From an uncultured Rikenella sp. (GTDB lineage Bacteria > Bacteroidota > Bacteroidia > Bacteroidales > VadinHA17), in NCBI GenBank assembly GCA_964488645.1, contig CAZAVK010000001.1:65215-129214 (forward strand): a DNA stretch of 64,000 bases, written 5' to 3'. Of the stretch, positions 1 through 9,700 are shown one piece after another. Positions within the stretch are counted from its first letter, which is position 1. Every line of letters begins with the position of its first letter. Made by a program: the position numbers and the translations under genes. The notes beneath the pieces were generated by a model, which saw nothing but the letters and a program-made list of their open reading frames with translations, did not search any database and was not told where the DNA came from.

Positions 1-499
1 CACGGCCTCATTCCTTTCCGTTGCCTTGTTGTTGGTAGCTGTGACTGGCATTTTGCTCGGCTGGAAGAAAAACAGCGGCGGCTACCTGCAGCCTGTGTCT
101 CATGCAGGAACTACATCTGACATGAGCCAGTGGCTCCCTGTCGACACTCTCCATGCCATAGCGATCAGGACGTTACATGCAACATGGGGAGAGGATATAG
201 ACGAGAGTCTTGACAGGATTGATATCAGGCCTGATAAGGGAATGGTAAAGTTCGTTTTTGGCCGGCATTATAACGGAATTCAGCTTGACTGCGCAAACGG
301 ACAAGTACTGCATCTTGAGAAACGCAGGTCTGATCTGGTTGAGAATCTTCACGACATGTCTTTTGTTGACAGGAAACTCGGTTTGAAGGGTGAGACTTTC
401 AAGCTTGTATACACTACATTTACAGGGCTTTCGCTTTTCCTGTTTACGGTAACCGGCATCTGGATGCGTTATCCCCCCCGCAGGATGAGGCGAAACTGA
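1..499 (+). CDS. PepSY-associated transmembrane protein, 5' end outside window
   Basis: Frame 2 stays open back to base 2, and the listed start at 26 is TTG. Two hydrophobic helices (LLVAVTGILLGW; FTGLSLFLFTVTGIW) flank a soluble PepSY-like segment (IDIRPDKGMVKFVF). The family call is by resemblance only. Confidence 0.45.
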   Translation, partial: TASFLSVALLLVAVTGILLGWKKNSGGYLQPVSHAGTTSDMSQWLPVDTLHAIAIRTLHATWGEDIDESLDRIDIRPDKGMVKFVFGRHYNGIQLDCANGQVLHLEKRRSDLVENLHDMSFVDRKLGLKGETFKLVYTTFTGLSLFLFTVTGIWMRYPPRRMRRN

Positions 500-760
500 A
501 TCAGCTATTTTTGTAATGCTGATGAATCGTGGAGAAAGAACCTTTGCTAACCGGCGGATAATGGCAAACCAGCCCGCACTGCCAGGTCGATAACGGAGCC
601 TTTGTTCTTCATAGTCCGGCCGTTTGTGAAAATGAACAGGTATTTCCTGCTGCAGCGTATCAGCAATGCAGCAGATTCATACCGAAAGATAAGCATTCAT
701 GGGTATAAATACCTCCGGAAAATAGGCTTTAAGCCCGTTACCTCCGTTATGGTCAATATT

Positions 761-768
761 TAATTTTG
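761..768 (+). promoter_or_regulatory. Candidate Bacteroidota -7 promoter box (TAATTTTG) for the Hdr-like operon
   Basis: Exact match to TAnnTTTG, 32 nt upstream of the ATG at 800. No clear -33 element was seen. Confidence 0.3.
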
Positions 769-799
769 AAATTCCACAAGAAGTACCATTGCCTGACCT

Positions 800-1549
800 A
801 TGGAAGATCTCTATTCACTGCTCATGCAGGATGTGCGTTTCGAGGAGGGACTGAAGGCCTGCATGAACTGCGGTATCTGCACTGCAATCTGTCCGGCGGC
901 CGAATATTACCACTATGATCCGCGGCGGGTGGTTGACCTGGTGCAGACCCGCAACAATGATATAATCAGGGAGTTGCTCAGAAGCGAGACGATCTGGTAT
1001 TGTGGCCAGTGCATGAGCTGCAAGACCCGCTGCCCCAGGGGCAACACCCCGGGCATGGTGATTATGGCGCTGCGCAAGCTCTCGCAGGAGCTCGGCTACT
1101 TCACCGACTCGGAGAAGGGGAGGCAGCAGTTTGCCATCAAGCGTACCGTTGGCGACAACGTGCTTAAGCATGGCTACTGTATTGTCTCTTATGATGTTGA
1201 TCCTGAAGCACATCCTGAGCAGGGGCCTGCATGGGAGCATTACTATAACCATCTCGGTGACTCACTGGCACGCCTGGGGGGTGAGCTAAACGGCCGGGAG
1301 GGGCCCACACGCCTGATACCGGAAGAGGTGCTTGATGAGCTGAGGAGTATCTTCAGGGTTACCGGCGGGCAGGATCTCTATGATGCCATCGAGGAGGCCT
1401 CTGAGAAGAAGGCTGCGGAGATGGGTATGGAGTTTAAAAAGGAGGGGAGGGACTTTGAATACTACAGGCATGTGGTATCGGCCGACAGCGGCATTCACCA
1501 GTGTGAACCGGAAGATGTGAGGAGGGAGGTCTATGAAACCCGAAGGTAA
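800..1549 (+). CDS. HdrC-like 2x[4Fe-4S] ferredoxin-domain subunit
   Basis: Two cluster motifs (CMNCGICTAICP, CGQCMSCKTRCP) in the HdrC/SdhE-partner arrangement. ATG start. Overlaps the next gene by 17 nt. Confidence 0.7.
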   Translation: MEDLYSLLMQDVRFEEGLKACMNCGICTAICPAAEYYHYDPRRVVDLVQTRNNDIIRELLRSETIWYCGQCMSCKTRCPRGNTPGMVIMALRKLSQELGYFTDSEKGRQQFAIKRTVGDNVLKHGYCIVSYDVDPEAHPEQGPAWEHYYNHLGDSLARLGGELNGREGPTRLIPEEVLDELRSIFRVTGGQDLYDAIEEASEKKAAEMGMEFKKEGRDFEYYRHVVSADSGIHQCEPEDVRREVYETRR

Positions 1550-2594
1550 GAAACGTATCTGGGCAGAGTACCAGAAAGAGATTCCCGATGACCACTTCTT
1601 CTATGTCAGGTCATGCATCAGGCAGACATTTTTCGCTGGCTCAGAGCAGTTTTTCCTGAGGATACTGCGTGACGATCTTGGCAAGGATATCTATGAAGAC
1701 CCGAGGCATACCACCTGTACCGGCATAGGCTACCATGGAGACGTGGTGCCGTTTGAAACCATTCAGGCCGTTGTGGCGCGTCACTTCGCGCTGGCCACCG
1801 AGGCCGGCTACAGGCATATCGCCATCTCATGTGTCACCTCATTCGGAATCTACTCTGAGATACTTGAGACCTGGAAGCATTTCCCCGAGACGCTGGAGCG
1901 TACCCGCGAAGATCTTTACAAGGCCACCGGCCGCACCTTCGAGGTACCCGAGACCATCTCGCACACCAGTGACATAATCTACAAGTTCAGGCATGAGATT
2001 GCACGCAGGGCGAAGTACAACCTGGTCAATGTTGCCACAGGACAACCGCTGAAGGTGGTTGAGCATATCGGCTGCCACTACTCGAAGATGTTCCCTAAGT
2101 ACGGGGTGGGCGGTGCAGAGTTCCCGCATGTGCTGGTGGGTATGGTAGAGGCGTGGGGAGGTGATATCATCGATTATCCCGAACGACGTCACTGCTGCGG
2201 GTTCGGCTTCAGGCAGTACCTGGTACAGGCTAACCGCGGCTACTCGCTCTTCGCGTCGCGCAAGAAGTTCGAGTCGATGGAGCCCTACCGCCCCGATATG
2301 ATAATCGCCAACTGTCCCGGCTGCACCATGTTCATGGATCGCTGGCAGTACACCATCAATGAGATTGATGGCATCACCTACGGCCCTGATGGCGAAGGTA
2401 TCCCGGTGCTGACCTATGAGGAGGTGGCGGGACTGATACTCGGTTATGACCCGTGGAAGCTCGGGTTGCAGTATCATAATGTACAGTCGCTTTCCCTGTT
2501 GCGTAAGATGGGTATCAGGGTTGAGCCTGCAGAACGGTTCCTTGCCAGGGATGGCTCCAGGCTGCCTGAGCCGGCCAACCTGATCAACGGATGA
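1533..2594 (+). CDS. HdrB-like CCG-domain subunit
   Basis: The C-terminal CCG domain is intact (GCHYS ... HCCGFG ... NCPGC). The N-terminal CCG-like half is degenerate (TCTG, SCVTS). ATGA stop/start overlap with the next gene. Confidence 0.7.
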   Translation: MKPEGKKRIWAEYQKEIPDDHFFYVRSCIRQTFFAGSEQFFLRILRDDLGKDIYEDPRHTTCTGIGYHGDVVPFETIQAVVARHFALATEAGYRHIAISCVTSFGIYSEILETWKHFPETLERTREDLYKATGRTFEVPETISHTSDIIYKFRHEIARRAKYNLVNVATGQPLKVVEHIGCHYSKMFPKYGVGGAEFPHVLVGMVEAWGGDIIDYPERRHCCGFGFRQYLVQANRGYSLFASRKKFESMEPYRPDMIIANCPGCTMFMDRWQYTINEIDGITYGPDGEGIPVLTYEEVAGLILGYDPWKLGLQYHNVQSLSLLRKMGIRVEPAERFLARDGSRLPEPANLING

Positions 2595-3622
2595 CGCGTC
2601 CTGAGGCACATGTGATCGTCGCCGGCGGCGGTACCGCCGGTATTGAGGCTGCCGGATCGCTGGCAGGAATGGGCTATCGGGTAACCCTGGTTGAGAAGAA
2701 CCGGGAGACCGGCGGTCACCTGCTGCAGTGGCATGCCCTCTTTCCTGACCGGCGCCCTGCCGGTGAGGTGAGACAGTACCTCTCAGAACGGCTTGAACAT
2801 CCCAATATCAGGGTAATTGCAGGAACCACGGTTGACCGGATCACCCGGAAAGGTGACCGGCTGGTTGTCTCACTCTCCGGCGGGAGGGAGGAACAGGCCG
2901 ATGCCGTGATCGTGGCAACAGGGTTTGATCTGTTTGATGCACACCGCAAGGAGGAGTATGGATACGGGATATATGACAATGTGATCACCTCGGCCGAGCT
3001 GGAGCAGATGTTCACCCGGGGAGTGCTTCTCAGGAGCGATGGCAGGCAGCCGTCGCGGATCGGGCTGATCCACTGCGTGGGGTCGCGTGATGAGAAGGTC
3101 AGCAACAACCACTGCTCGAAAGTGTGCTGCGTGACGGCAGTCAAGCAGGCGATAGAGATAAGGAAGATGCTTCCGTCTTGCGAGGTCTTCTGTTTCTACA
3201 TGGACATGCGTATGTTCGGTCCTTTCTACGAGGAGCTCTACCGCGAGTCGCAGGAGCAGCATAATGTCAATTTCATCAGGGGCAAGGTCTCCGAGGCTTC
3301 GGTCAACATCAACAACAGGCTGGTGATCAAGGTTGAGGATACCCTTGCGGGCCGCCCCCTCAGGATGGAGCTGGATATAATGGTACTGATGGTGGGCATG
3401 GAGATATCCCGTCATGGAGCCCGCCTGGCAGAGGCATCCGGGTTTGAGCGCGGCATCAACAGGTTCCTTGAGGCGACTGACCACCACTACGGCAGTAACC
3501 TCAGTCCGGTGAGCGGTGTTTTCTATGCCGGCACCTGCACCGCCCCCATGAATATCACCGACACCATCTCCCATGCGCGTGCAGCCGTGGCCGAGACGGT
3601 GAGATACCTCAACGGCAGATGA
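2591..3622 (+). CDS. Short HdrA-like FAD-dependent oxidoreductase with one [4Fe-4S] site
   Basis: Dinucleotide fold VAGGGTAGIEAAG and HdrA-type cluster motif CVGSRDEKVSNNHCSKVCC. At 343 aa it lacks the ferredoxin domains of archaeal HdrA. Confidence 0.7.
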   Translation: MTRPEAHVIVAGGGTAGIEAAGSLAGMGYRVTLVEKNRETGGHLLQWHALFPDRRPAGEVRQYLSERLEHPNIRVIAGTTVDRITRKGDRLVVSLSGGREEQADAVIVATGFDLFDAHRKEEYGYGIYDNVITSAELEQMFTRGVLLRSDGRQPSRIGLIHCVGSRDEKVSNNHCSKVCCVTAVKQAIEIRKMLPSCEVFCFYMDMRMFGPFYEELYRESQEQHNVNFIRGKVSEASVNINNRLVIKVEDTLAGRPLRMELDIMVLMVGMEISRHGARLAEASGFERGINRFLEATDHHYGSNLSPVSGVFYAGTCTAPMNITDTISHARAAVAETVRYLNGR

Positions 3623-3978
3623 GCGGGGTGAAGGCAAACAGGTTCGGTTTCACCATCCACCGCAGCCGGCAGATAGACTATGACTCCTCTGACAGGAAGG
3701 TGAGGGAGTATGTTACCCGCATGGAGCCCACCTTCAGGCTCTGCTTCGCCTGCGGCGGATGCAGCGCCACCTGCACTGCCGGGCAGCATGTCACCATGAA
3801 CCTTCGGAGGATCAACACCTGTATCAGGCGAGGTGAGATAGATACCATACGTGAGGAGGTGACCCGCTGCATGCTGTGCGGCAAGTGCCTGCTGGTATGT
3901 CCTAGAGGAGTGAACACCCGCAATGTGGTGGCTGCCGCTGCCGAAGCAATAGCAAAACTCGACCGCAATGAGCTCTGA
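3619..3978 (+). CDS. Small 2x[4Fe-4S]-type ferredoxin (second HdrC-like protein)
   Basis: Motifs CFACGGCSATC and CMLCGKCLLVCPRG. The start overlaps the upstream stop (ATGA). Overlaps the next gene by 11 nt. Confidence 0.6.
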   Translation: MSGVKANRFGFTIHRSRQIDYDSSDRKVREYVTRMEPTFRLCFACGGCSATCTAGQHVTMNLRRINTCIRRGEIDTIREEVTRCMLCGKCLLVCPRGVNTRNVVAAAAEAIAKLDRNEL

Positions 3979-5902
3979 CCTGTTTGTCATACCATTCAAC
4001 CTGGGGCTCTACTTCATACTTATATACAGTGTGGTACGTATCACCAGCTGGTTCAGGAGGCTCTCGCGCACGGACAAGCTGCGGCTGCAGAGAGGTTTCT
4101 TCGGAAAGCCCTTCATGGAGAGTCTGCGGGAGATCTTTATGGAGAGTCTCCTGCACCGTAAGATCTTCCGCAGGAATCCCGTCCTCGGGTATATGCATAT
4201 GAGCCTCGCCTTCGGATGGTTTTTGCTGATTGTCTTCGGCACCATCGAGGCTGACCTGTTCGGTGACCGTCACCTGAACCCGCCGTCGCGCGCCATCTTC
4301 TTCCGGTGGTTCAATCCTGATCATGGTGACACCGGACTGGCGGCGCTCTTCAGCTTCTGGATGGACCTGTTGCTGGCATTCATCCTCTCCGGCCTGCTGC
4401 TGGCTATAATCAAGCGATTCACGCCTCGTGTGATGGGGATGAAAAAGACCACCCGCCACACTCTCACTGACCGCATTGCCCTGACCAGCCTCTGGCTGAT
4501 CTTTCCCTCCAGGCTGCTGGCAGAGAGCCTCACCTGCGGTGCGCATGGCAGCGGCAGCTTCCTGACCGGCACACTCGGCTCGGCACTGGCGTCATTCCTT
4601 CCTGCCGCGGAGATAGCGCCGCTCTTCTGGTGGCTCTACTCCCTCTCGCTGGGTACATTCTTCTTCCTGCTCCCCATATCGAGATACTTCCACATACCTG
4701 TGGAGCTCTTCCTTATCTTCATGCGCAACTCGGGCATCACCACCGGCGACAGCTCCTCATCATTCACCGAGGTGCAGACGCATGCCTGCTCATCGTGCGG
4801 TGTCTGTATCACCGTCTGCCAGATGAGCTTCGCTGCCGGTATCAATGATATGCAGGGCGCCTATTTCGTCAAGGGGCTCAGGAACGACCGGGATATTGCG
4901 GCCATAACGGCCAACTGCCTGATGTGCGGCAGGTGTGATGAAGCCTGCCCGGTAGGCATTGAACTGGGGCCGATGCGTCTTATCGAGCGACGGCAGGGTG
5001 AGCGGCAGGACAGGCAGATGAGCTTCCGGGAGAAGTATTCGCTCTCGCATCAGCGCCGCAGCATCGAGCGGATCCCGACACAGTCTTACAGCTACCTGGT
5101 CAGGGAGGAGCCGGTAAAGGCTGATGTACTCTTCTTCGCAGGATGCATGACCCACCTGACCCCAACGGTGATCGCTGCCATGAAGAAGATCATGGAGAGT
5201 GCCGGCGTCAGCTACCGCTTCATGGATGAGGAGGGTGGTGTCTGCTGCGGCAGGCCGCTGATGCTTGCCGGCCGTGACAGGGAGGCGCGTGAGCTGATCA
5301 ATCACAACTCCGATATCATCTGGAAGTCAGGAGCCAGGATAGTGGTAACCTCATGCCCCATCTGCCTAAAGGTCTTCAGGGAGAGTTACTATCTGGATGC
5401 CAGGGTGATGCACCACTCTGAGCTGATCAACCTGCTGATTGAGGAGGGCTCACTGCGGCTCGGCTACCTGCACCGGCGGGTGGTCTACCATGACCCGTGC
5501 GAGCTGGGAAGGGGATCGGGCATCTATGAGGAGCCGAGGGCTGTCATCAGCTATGTGGCCGAGCTGCTGGAGACAGAGCAGGAGAGGAACTACTCGCTCT
5601 GCTGCGGAGGCAGCCTGGGTAACCTTACCCTGGCACCGGGCAGCCGGACCCTGATAGCTGCCGATGCTGCACGCAGGCTGACCGTTGATCAGCCCGATGA
5701 GCTGATCACCGCCTGCCCCCTCTGCAAGAAGAGTTTTGTACAGGTGTCGGAGACAAAGGTGACCGATCTGGCCGAGCTGGTTGCCGCTGCTCTGCCGAAA
5801 CCACCGGACAGTTCTGTTGTTTACGGAAGCAGCTTTCCCGGCCGGCGCAAAACCAGGATACAGCCCGAGGCGGCAGGGCCGGCTGCGGCAGGCATCTGCT
5901 GA
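3968..5902 (+). CDS. Membrane-anchored (Fe-S)-binding protein: NarI/DsrM/HdrE-like membrane domain fused to a DsrK/HdrD-like module
   Basis: About 5 hydrophobic helices in the first ~250 aa, with conserved His contexts (GYMHMS, RYFHIP). These are followed by CSSCGVCITVC and CLMCGRCDEACP. Two intact CCG domains follow (GCMTHL..VCCGRP..SCPIC; DPCELG..LCCGGS..ACPLC). Confidence 0.7.
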   Translation: MSSDLFVIPFNLGLYFILIYSVVRITSWFRRLSRTDKLRLQRGFFGKPFMESLREIFMESLLHRKIFRRNPVLGYMHMSLAFGWFLLIVFGTIEADLFGDRHLNPPSRAIFFRWFNPDHGDTGLAALFSFWMDLLLAFILSGLLLAIIKRFTPRVMGMKKTTRHTLTDRIALTSLWLIFPSRLLAESLTCGAHGSGSFLTGTLGSALASFLPAAEIAPLFWWLYSLSLGTFFFLLPISRYFHIPVELFLIFMRNSGITTGDSSSSFTEVQTHACSSCGVCITVCQMSFAAGINDMQGAYFVKGLRNDRDIAAITANCLMCGRCDEACPVGIELGPMRLIERRQGERQDRQMSFREKYSLSHQRRSIERIPTQSYSYLVREEPVKADVLFFAGCMTHLTPTVIAAMKKIMESAGVSYRFMDEEGGVCCGRPLMLAGRDREARELINHNSDIIWKSGARIVVTSCPICLKVFRESYYLDARVMHHSELINLLIEEGSLRLGYLHRRVVYHDPCELGRGSGIYEEPRAVISYVAELLETEQERNYSLCCGGSLGNLTLAPGSRTLIAADAARRLTVDQPDELITACPLCKKSFVQVSETKVTDLAELVAAALPKPPDSSVVYGSSFPGRRKTRIQPEAAGPAAAGIC

Positions 5903-6076
5903 GAAACGCCTGCCTGCAGAGACCGGCAGATGGTTGAAAACTTTCCCGCGAAGGTGCAATTATTTGACTGATTGTTGATTCTCTTTCCGATTATTTCTAT
6001 TTACTTTGCGCCCGGTATTCCAGTGATCAGTATGGAATAGTTTTTGTGGCATTGACAGGCATAAATACTAGAGAGA

Positions 6077-6628
6077 ATGAATAAATTAATAAGGACCATC
6101 GGAATTTTCTCTTTTGCATCCCTTGCCCTTCTCTGGTCATGTGGTCATCAGAGCGGCAGCACATCCGAGATCCAGGGGAGGCTTGGTGACGCATCAGCGC
6201 AGGACGGAGGAGTGGTGCTTCTCGTGGAGAAGGCCGACCTGTTGCAGCTTGAAGACCGGCCTGAGTACAACACTGCCGAATGGCTGGTGACGGTAGACAA
6301 GCCGGGGCGGTATGACATCTGGCTCTCCAGCCTTACTCTCGATACCCTGCAGCTCAACTACAGTGATGATGTTATAGTGACTGCCGGCGAGACCAGGCTC
6401 ACCAAGATGCCTTTGGGTGATCTTATAGTTACCGGAGACAAGAGTGTGACAGGGCCATGGTACAGGGCCGATTCGCACATGGGGTCAGTCTTCTTCTCAA
6501 AACCCGGGGAGTACCCTGTACAGGTGATAAGTGACAAGCTGGAGTCGCGTTCTGACAATCTCAGTAACCCGGCTGCCGACAGACAGACACTCATCACTTC
6601 ACTAATCATCAAGCCGATCCGCAACTGA
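6077..6628 (+). CDS. Hypothetical lipoprotein, possible beta-sandwich/CBM-like domain
   Basis: Signal peptide plus lipobox (ALLWSC). The remainder is beta-rich (PGRYDIWL, PGEYPVQV). No catalytic motif recognised. Confidence 0.45.
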   Translation: MNKLIRTIGIFSFASLALLWSCGHQSGSTSEIQGRLGDASAQDGGVVLLVEKADLLQLEDRPEYNTAEWLVTVDKPGRYDIWLSSLTLDTLQLNYSDDVIVTAGETRLTKMPLGDLIVTGDKSVTGPWYRADSHMGSVFFSKPGEYPVQVISDKLESRSDNLSNPAADRQTLITSLIIKPIRN

Positions 6629-6700
6629 TACCCTCCTGTGCCGTTTTTTTCCGGCCCGGGCCATCCCTCTCTTCCTGAGTTTCCGGTTATTTACCGGGGG

Positions 6701-9700
6701 TTATTCCGCCCTTTTCCTTTCGATCCACTCACGTGCATTGACGAATGCCTTAAGCCATGGCGTCACCTCCTCACCGCGCCGCTCATGCGGATAGCAGGCA
6801 CACTGCCAGGGCATGACGGCCCGCTCGATATGGGGCATCATTGCAAGATGCCTGCCGTCAGCCGAACAGATGGCGGCAGTATCATATATTGAACCGTTGG
6901 GGTTGGCCGGGTAGTGACTTCCGCTGTATTTCATAACAATATTGTAGTTCTCCTGCGGCCCGGGCAGGATAAATTTCCCTTCGCCATGGGCTATCCAGAC
7001 GCCAAGCTCCATCTCGCTGAGGTTACTGAGCATGACCGAGTTGTTCTTCAATATCTTCACTCCGGTGAATGCGGCCTCGAACTTCCCTGAGTCGTTCTTT
7101 TCAAGCATTGGTCTCATCTCTCCGCCACTCCCCGTCACCCCCAGTGCAATCATTAGCTGGCAGCCGTTGCATATGCCCAGTGAGAGGGTGTCGTCACGCT
7201 TAAGGAACCTCTCCAGGGCTGAGGCTGCTTTCGCGTTGAACCGGAATGTTGCCGCCCATCCGCGGGCTGACCCCATGACGTCGGAATGTGATGAGCCGCC
7301 GGCAAAAGCGATCATGTTAACATCTTCAAGAGTCTCTTTCCCGGATGTGAGGTCTGTCATGTGCAGATCCTTCACCTCAAATCCTGCAAGCCACAGTGCA
7401 TAAGCAAGTTCACGTTCACCGCTGGTTCCCTTCTCCCTGATCACTGCCGCCCTCACCCGCCTGCCCGGCCTGCCGGCTGTGCCGTTCCGGGCAGCTTTGC
7501 CGGCAGTAGTCTCAGGGTTGCTTTTTACGGAAGAGTACGGAGTTTTGATCTCCCGGCTGCCCGTGGTGATACCCTGGTCAGCGAAAGTTCCCCTGAAATC
7601 TTTCAGCTCATAGTGAACGGGGCTCCTGCCCAGGTTCGCCATGCGTTCGTCGGCCTTGCCGGCCCTGCACTGCAGCCGGTCAAGGAGGTATGAGCTGCGG
7701 AACCAGAGGTTGCGGCACCTGTCAATATCAAACTCAAAATGGCTGCTGCCGTTGACAATGATAAGTTTTCTTTCAGCAACAGGCCGGCCGATAAGTGCAT
7801 GCCGTACTCCGCGTTCAGCAAGGAATCTGCCGGTTCCGGCTGCGTCGGCCACCTGTATTATCACGCCCGGATTCTGGCTGTAGAGGAGCCTGACGTTGTC
7901 ATCTTCACCTACCGGGGTCAGATCTGCGCCTATTCCCCCTTCACTGTTTGCGAAGCACATCTCGAGCAGTGTGACAATCATTCCGCCTGCAGAGATGTCG
8001 TGTCCGGCCATCACCTTCTCCTCCCTGACCAGTTGCTGTATTGCTTCGAAGGTATCTCTGAAATAGCCGGGGTCAGCCACTCCCGGCAGAATGTCGCCGA
8101 TTGAGCCGAGTGTCTGACAGAATGCCGATCCGCCGAGCTGATGGCGCATGCCGCTCATATCTATCCATATCAGCGAGCTTGCCGGATCCCTTTTAAGTAC
8201 CGGTCCGGCTATGCGGCGGACATCTGCCACCTCGCCCACGGCTGTGATAATGACTGTACCGGGGCTGTAGACCATGCCATCGGGGTACTTCTGGGTCATT
8301 GAGAGACTGTCCTTGCCTGTGGGTATATTTATTCCCAGTTTTATTGCAAAATTGCTGGCTGCCTCTACTGCCTCATAGAGTCTTGCATCTTCACCGGTAT
8401 TTTTGCATGGCCACATCCAGTTTGCCGACAGTGATACGCTCTGCAATCCGTCAGCCAGCGGTGCCCATACAATATTCGTGAGTGCCTCGGCCATGGCCAG
8501 CACCGATCCTGCTGCCGCATCAAGCAGTGCTGCTGCCGGGGCGTGTCCCAGGGCCACAGCCATACCGCTCTTGCCCCGGAAATCGAGCGCCACGGCTCCC
8601 AGGTCATTGAGTGGCAGTTGCAGCTCGCCGGCACACTGCTGCATGGCCACCAGGCCGGTGGCCGATCTGTCAGCCTTGTTGGTAAGCCAGTCTTTGCATG
8701 CCACCTCCTCCAGTTGCAGGAGCGCATCCAGGTACTTTGCCGGATCGCCGGCATCATAGCTCAGCTTACCCGTCAGCCTCGCCGCGGTGTTGTCTCTCAT
8801 GACTGTACGGGGCAGCTTGCCGAAGAAGTCATCCAGCTTCAGGTCTATAGGGCGTTCTCCCCTTTCCGGGTCATGGAACAACAGGTGCCGGTCGCCGGTA
8901 ACCTCTCCGATGACATAGACGGGTGCCTGTTCACGCTGTGCCACAGCCATGAGGCGGTCCATGGCCTCCGGAGGGACCACCAGCCCCATCCGCTCCTGCG
9001 ATTCGTTGCCGATCAGCTCCAGTGCCGACAGGGAGGGGTCGCCTACCGGCAGCTTACCGGTGTCTATTACACCCCCTGATTGCTCTACCAGCTCAGAGAG
9101 GCAGTTGAGGTGTCCTCCGGCTCCATGGTCATGCAGGGAGATGATAGGGTTATCGGCGCCTTCAGTCATGGCTCTCAATACATTGTATACCCTTTTCTGC
9201 ATCTCGGGGTTGGAGCGCTGTATCGCATTCATCTCAATGGCGCTCCCGTATGCTCCGGTGTCGACCGATGAGACTGCGCCGCCACCCATCCCTATCCGGT
9301 AGTTGTCGCCACCCAGCATCACAATAAGATCTCCTTTGCGAGGTGTTCCCTTGAGGCTGTTGGATTCCCTGCCCATACCGATGCCTCCGGCCAGCATGAT
9401 CACCTTGTCAAACCCGTACATCCGCTCACCGCTGTCGTATTCAAAGGTGAGCAGTGATCCGCATATCAGCGGCTGTCCGAATTTGCTGCCATAGTCTCCG
9501 GCACCGTCAGATGCCTTTATCAGTATCTCTGCCGGCGACTGGTACAGCCACTGCCGTGGCCCGGTGAAGCGCTCCCACTCCCGTGCACCGTCACTCCTGG
9601 GGTATGATGTCATCAGCACCGCTGTTCCTGCCAGCGGCAGGGCGCCCCGGCCACCTGCAATACGGTCGCGTATCTCACCGCCTGAACCGGTGGCACCGCC

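Noticed and set aside
647-674. 8-bp stem hairpin (CTGCTGCA/TGCAGCAG) in the 300-bp region upstream of the Hdr-like operon, considered as a riboswitch or terminator
   Set aside because: There is no U-tract, no recognisable riboswitch core sequence and no conserved flanking structure I could identify. The evidence is too weak to call.
1839-2609. Long antisense ORFs (256 aa here; also 2870-3637, 3902-4546, 25292-25969, 26279-26947, 27815-28705, 53523-54215 and 56056-56709, all on the minus strand)
   Set aside because: Each lies entirely opposite a gene with strong family motifs. Their translations are Arg/Pro/Gly-rich and low in complexity, with no recognisable domain. This is typical of shadow ORFs in GC-rich coding DNA.
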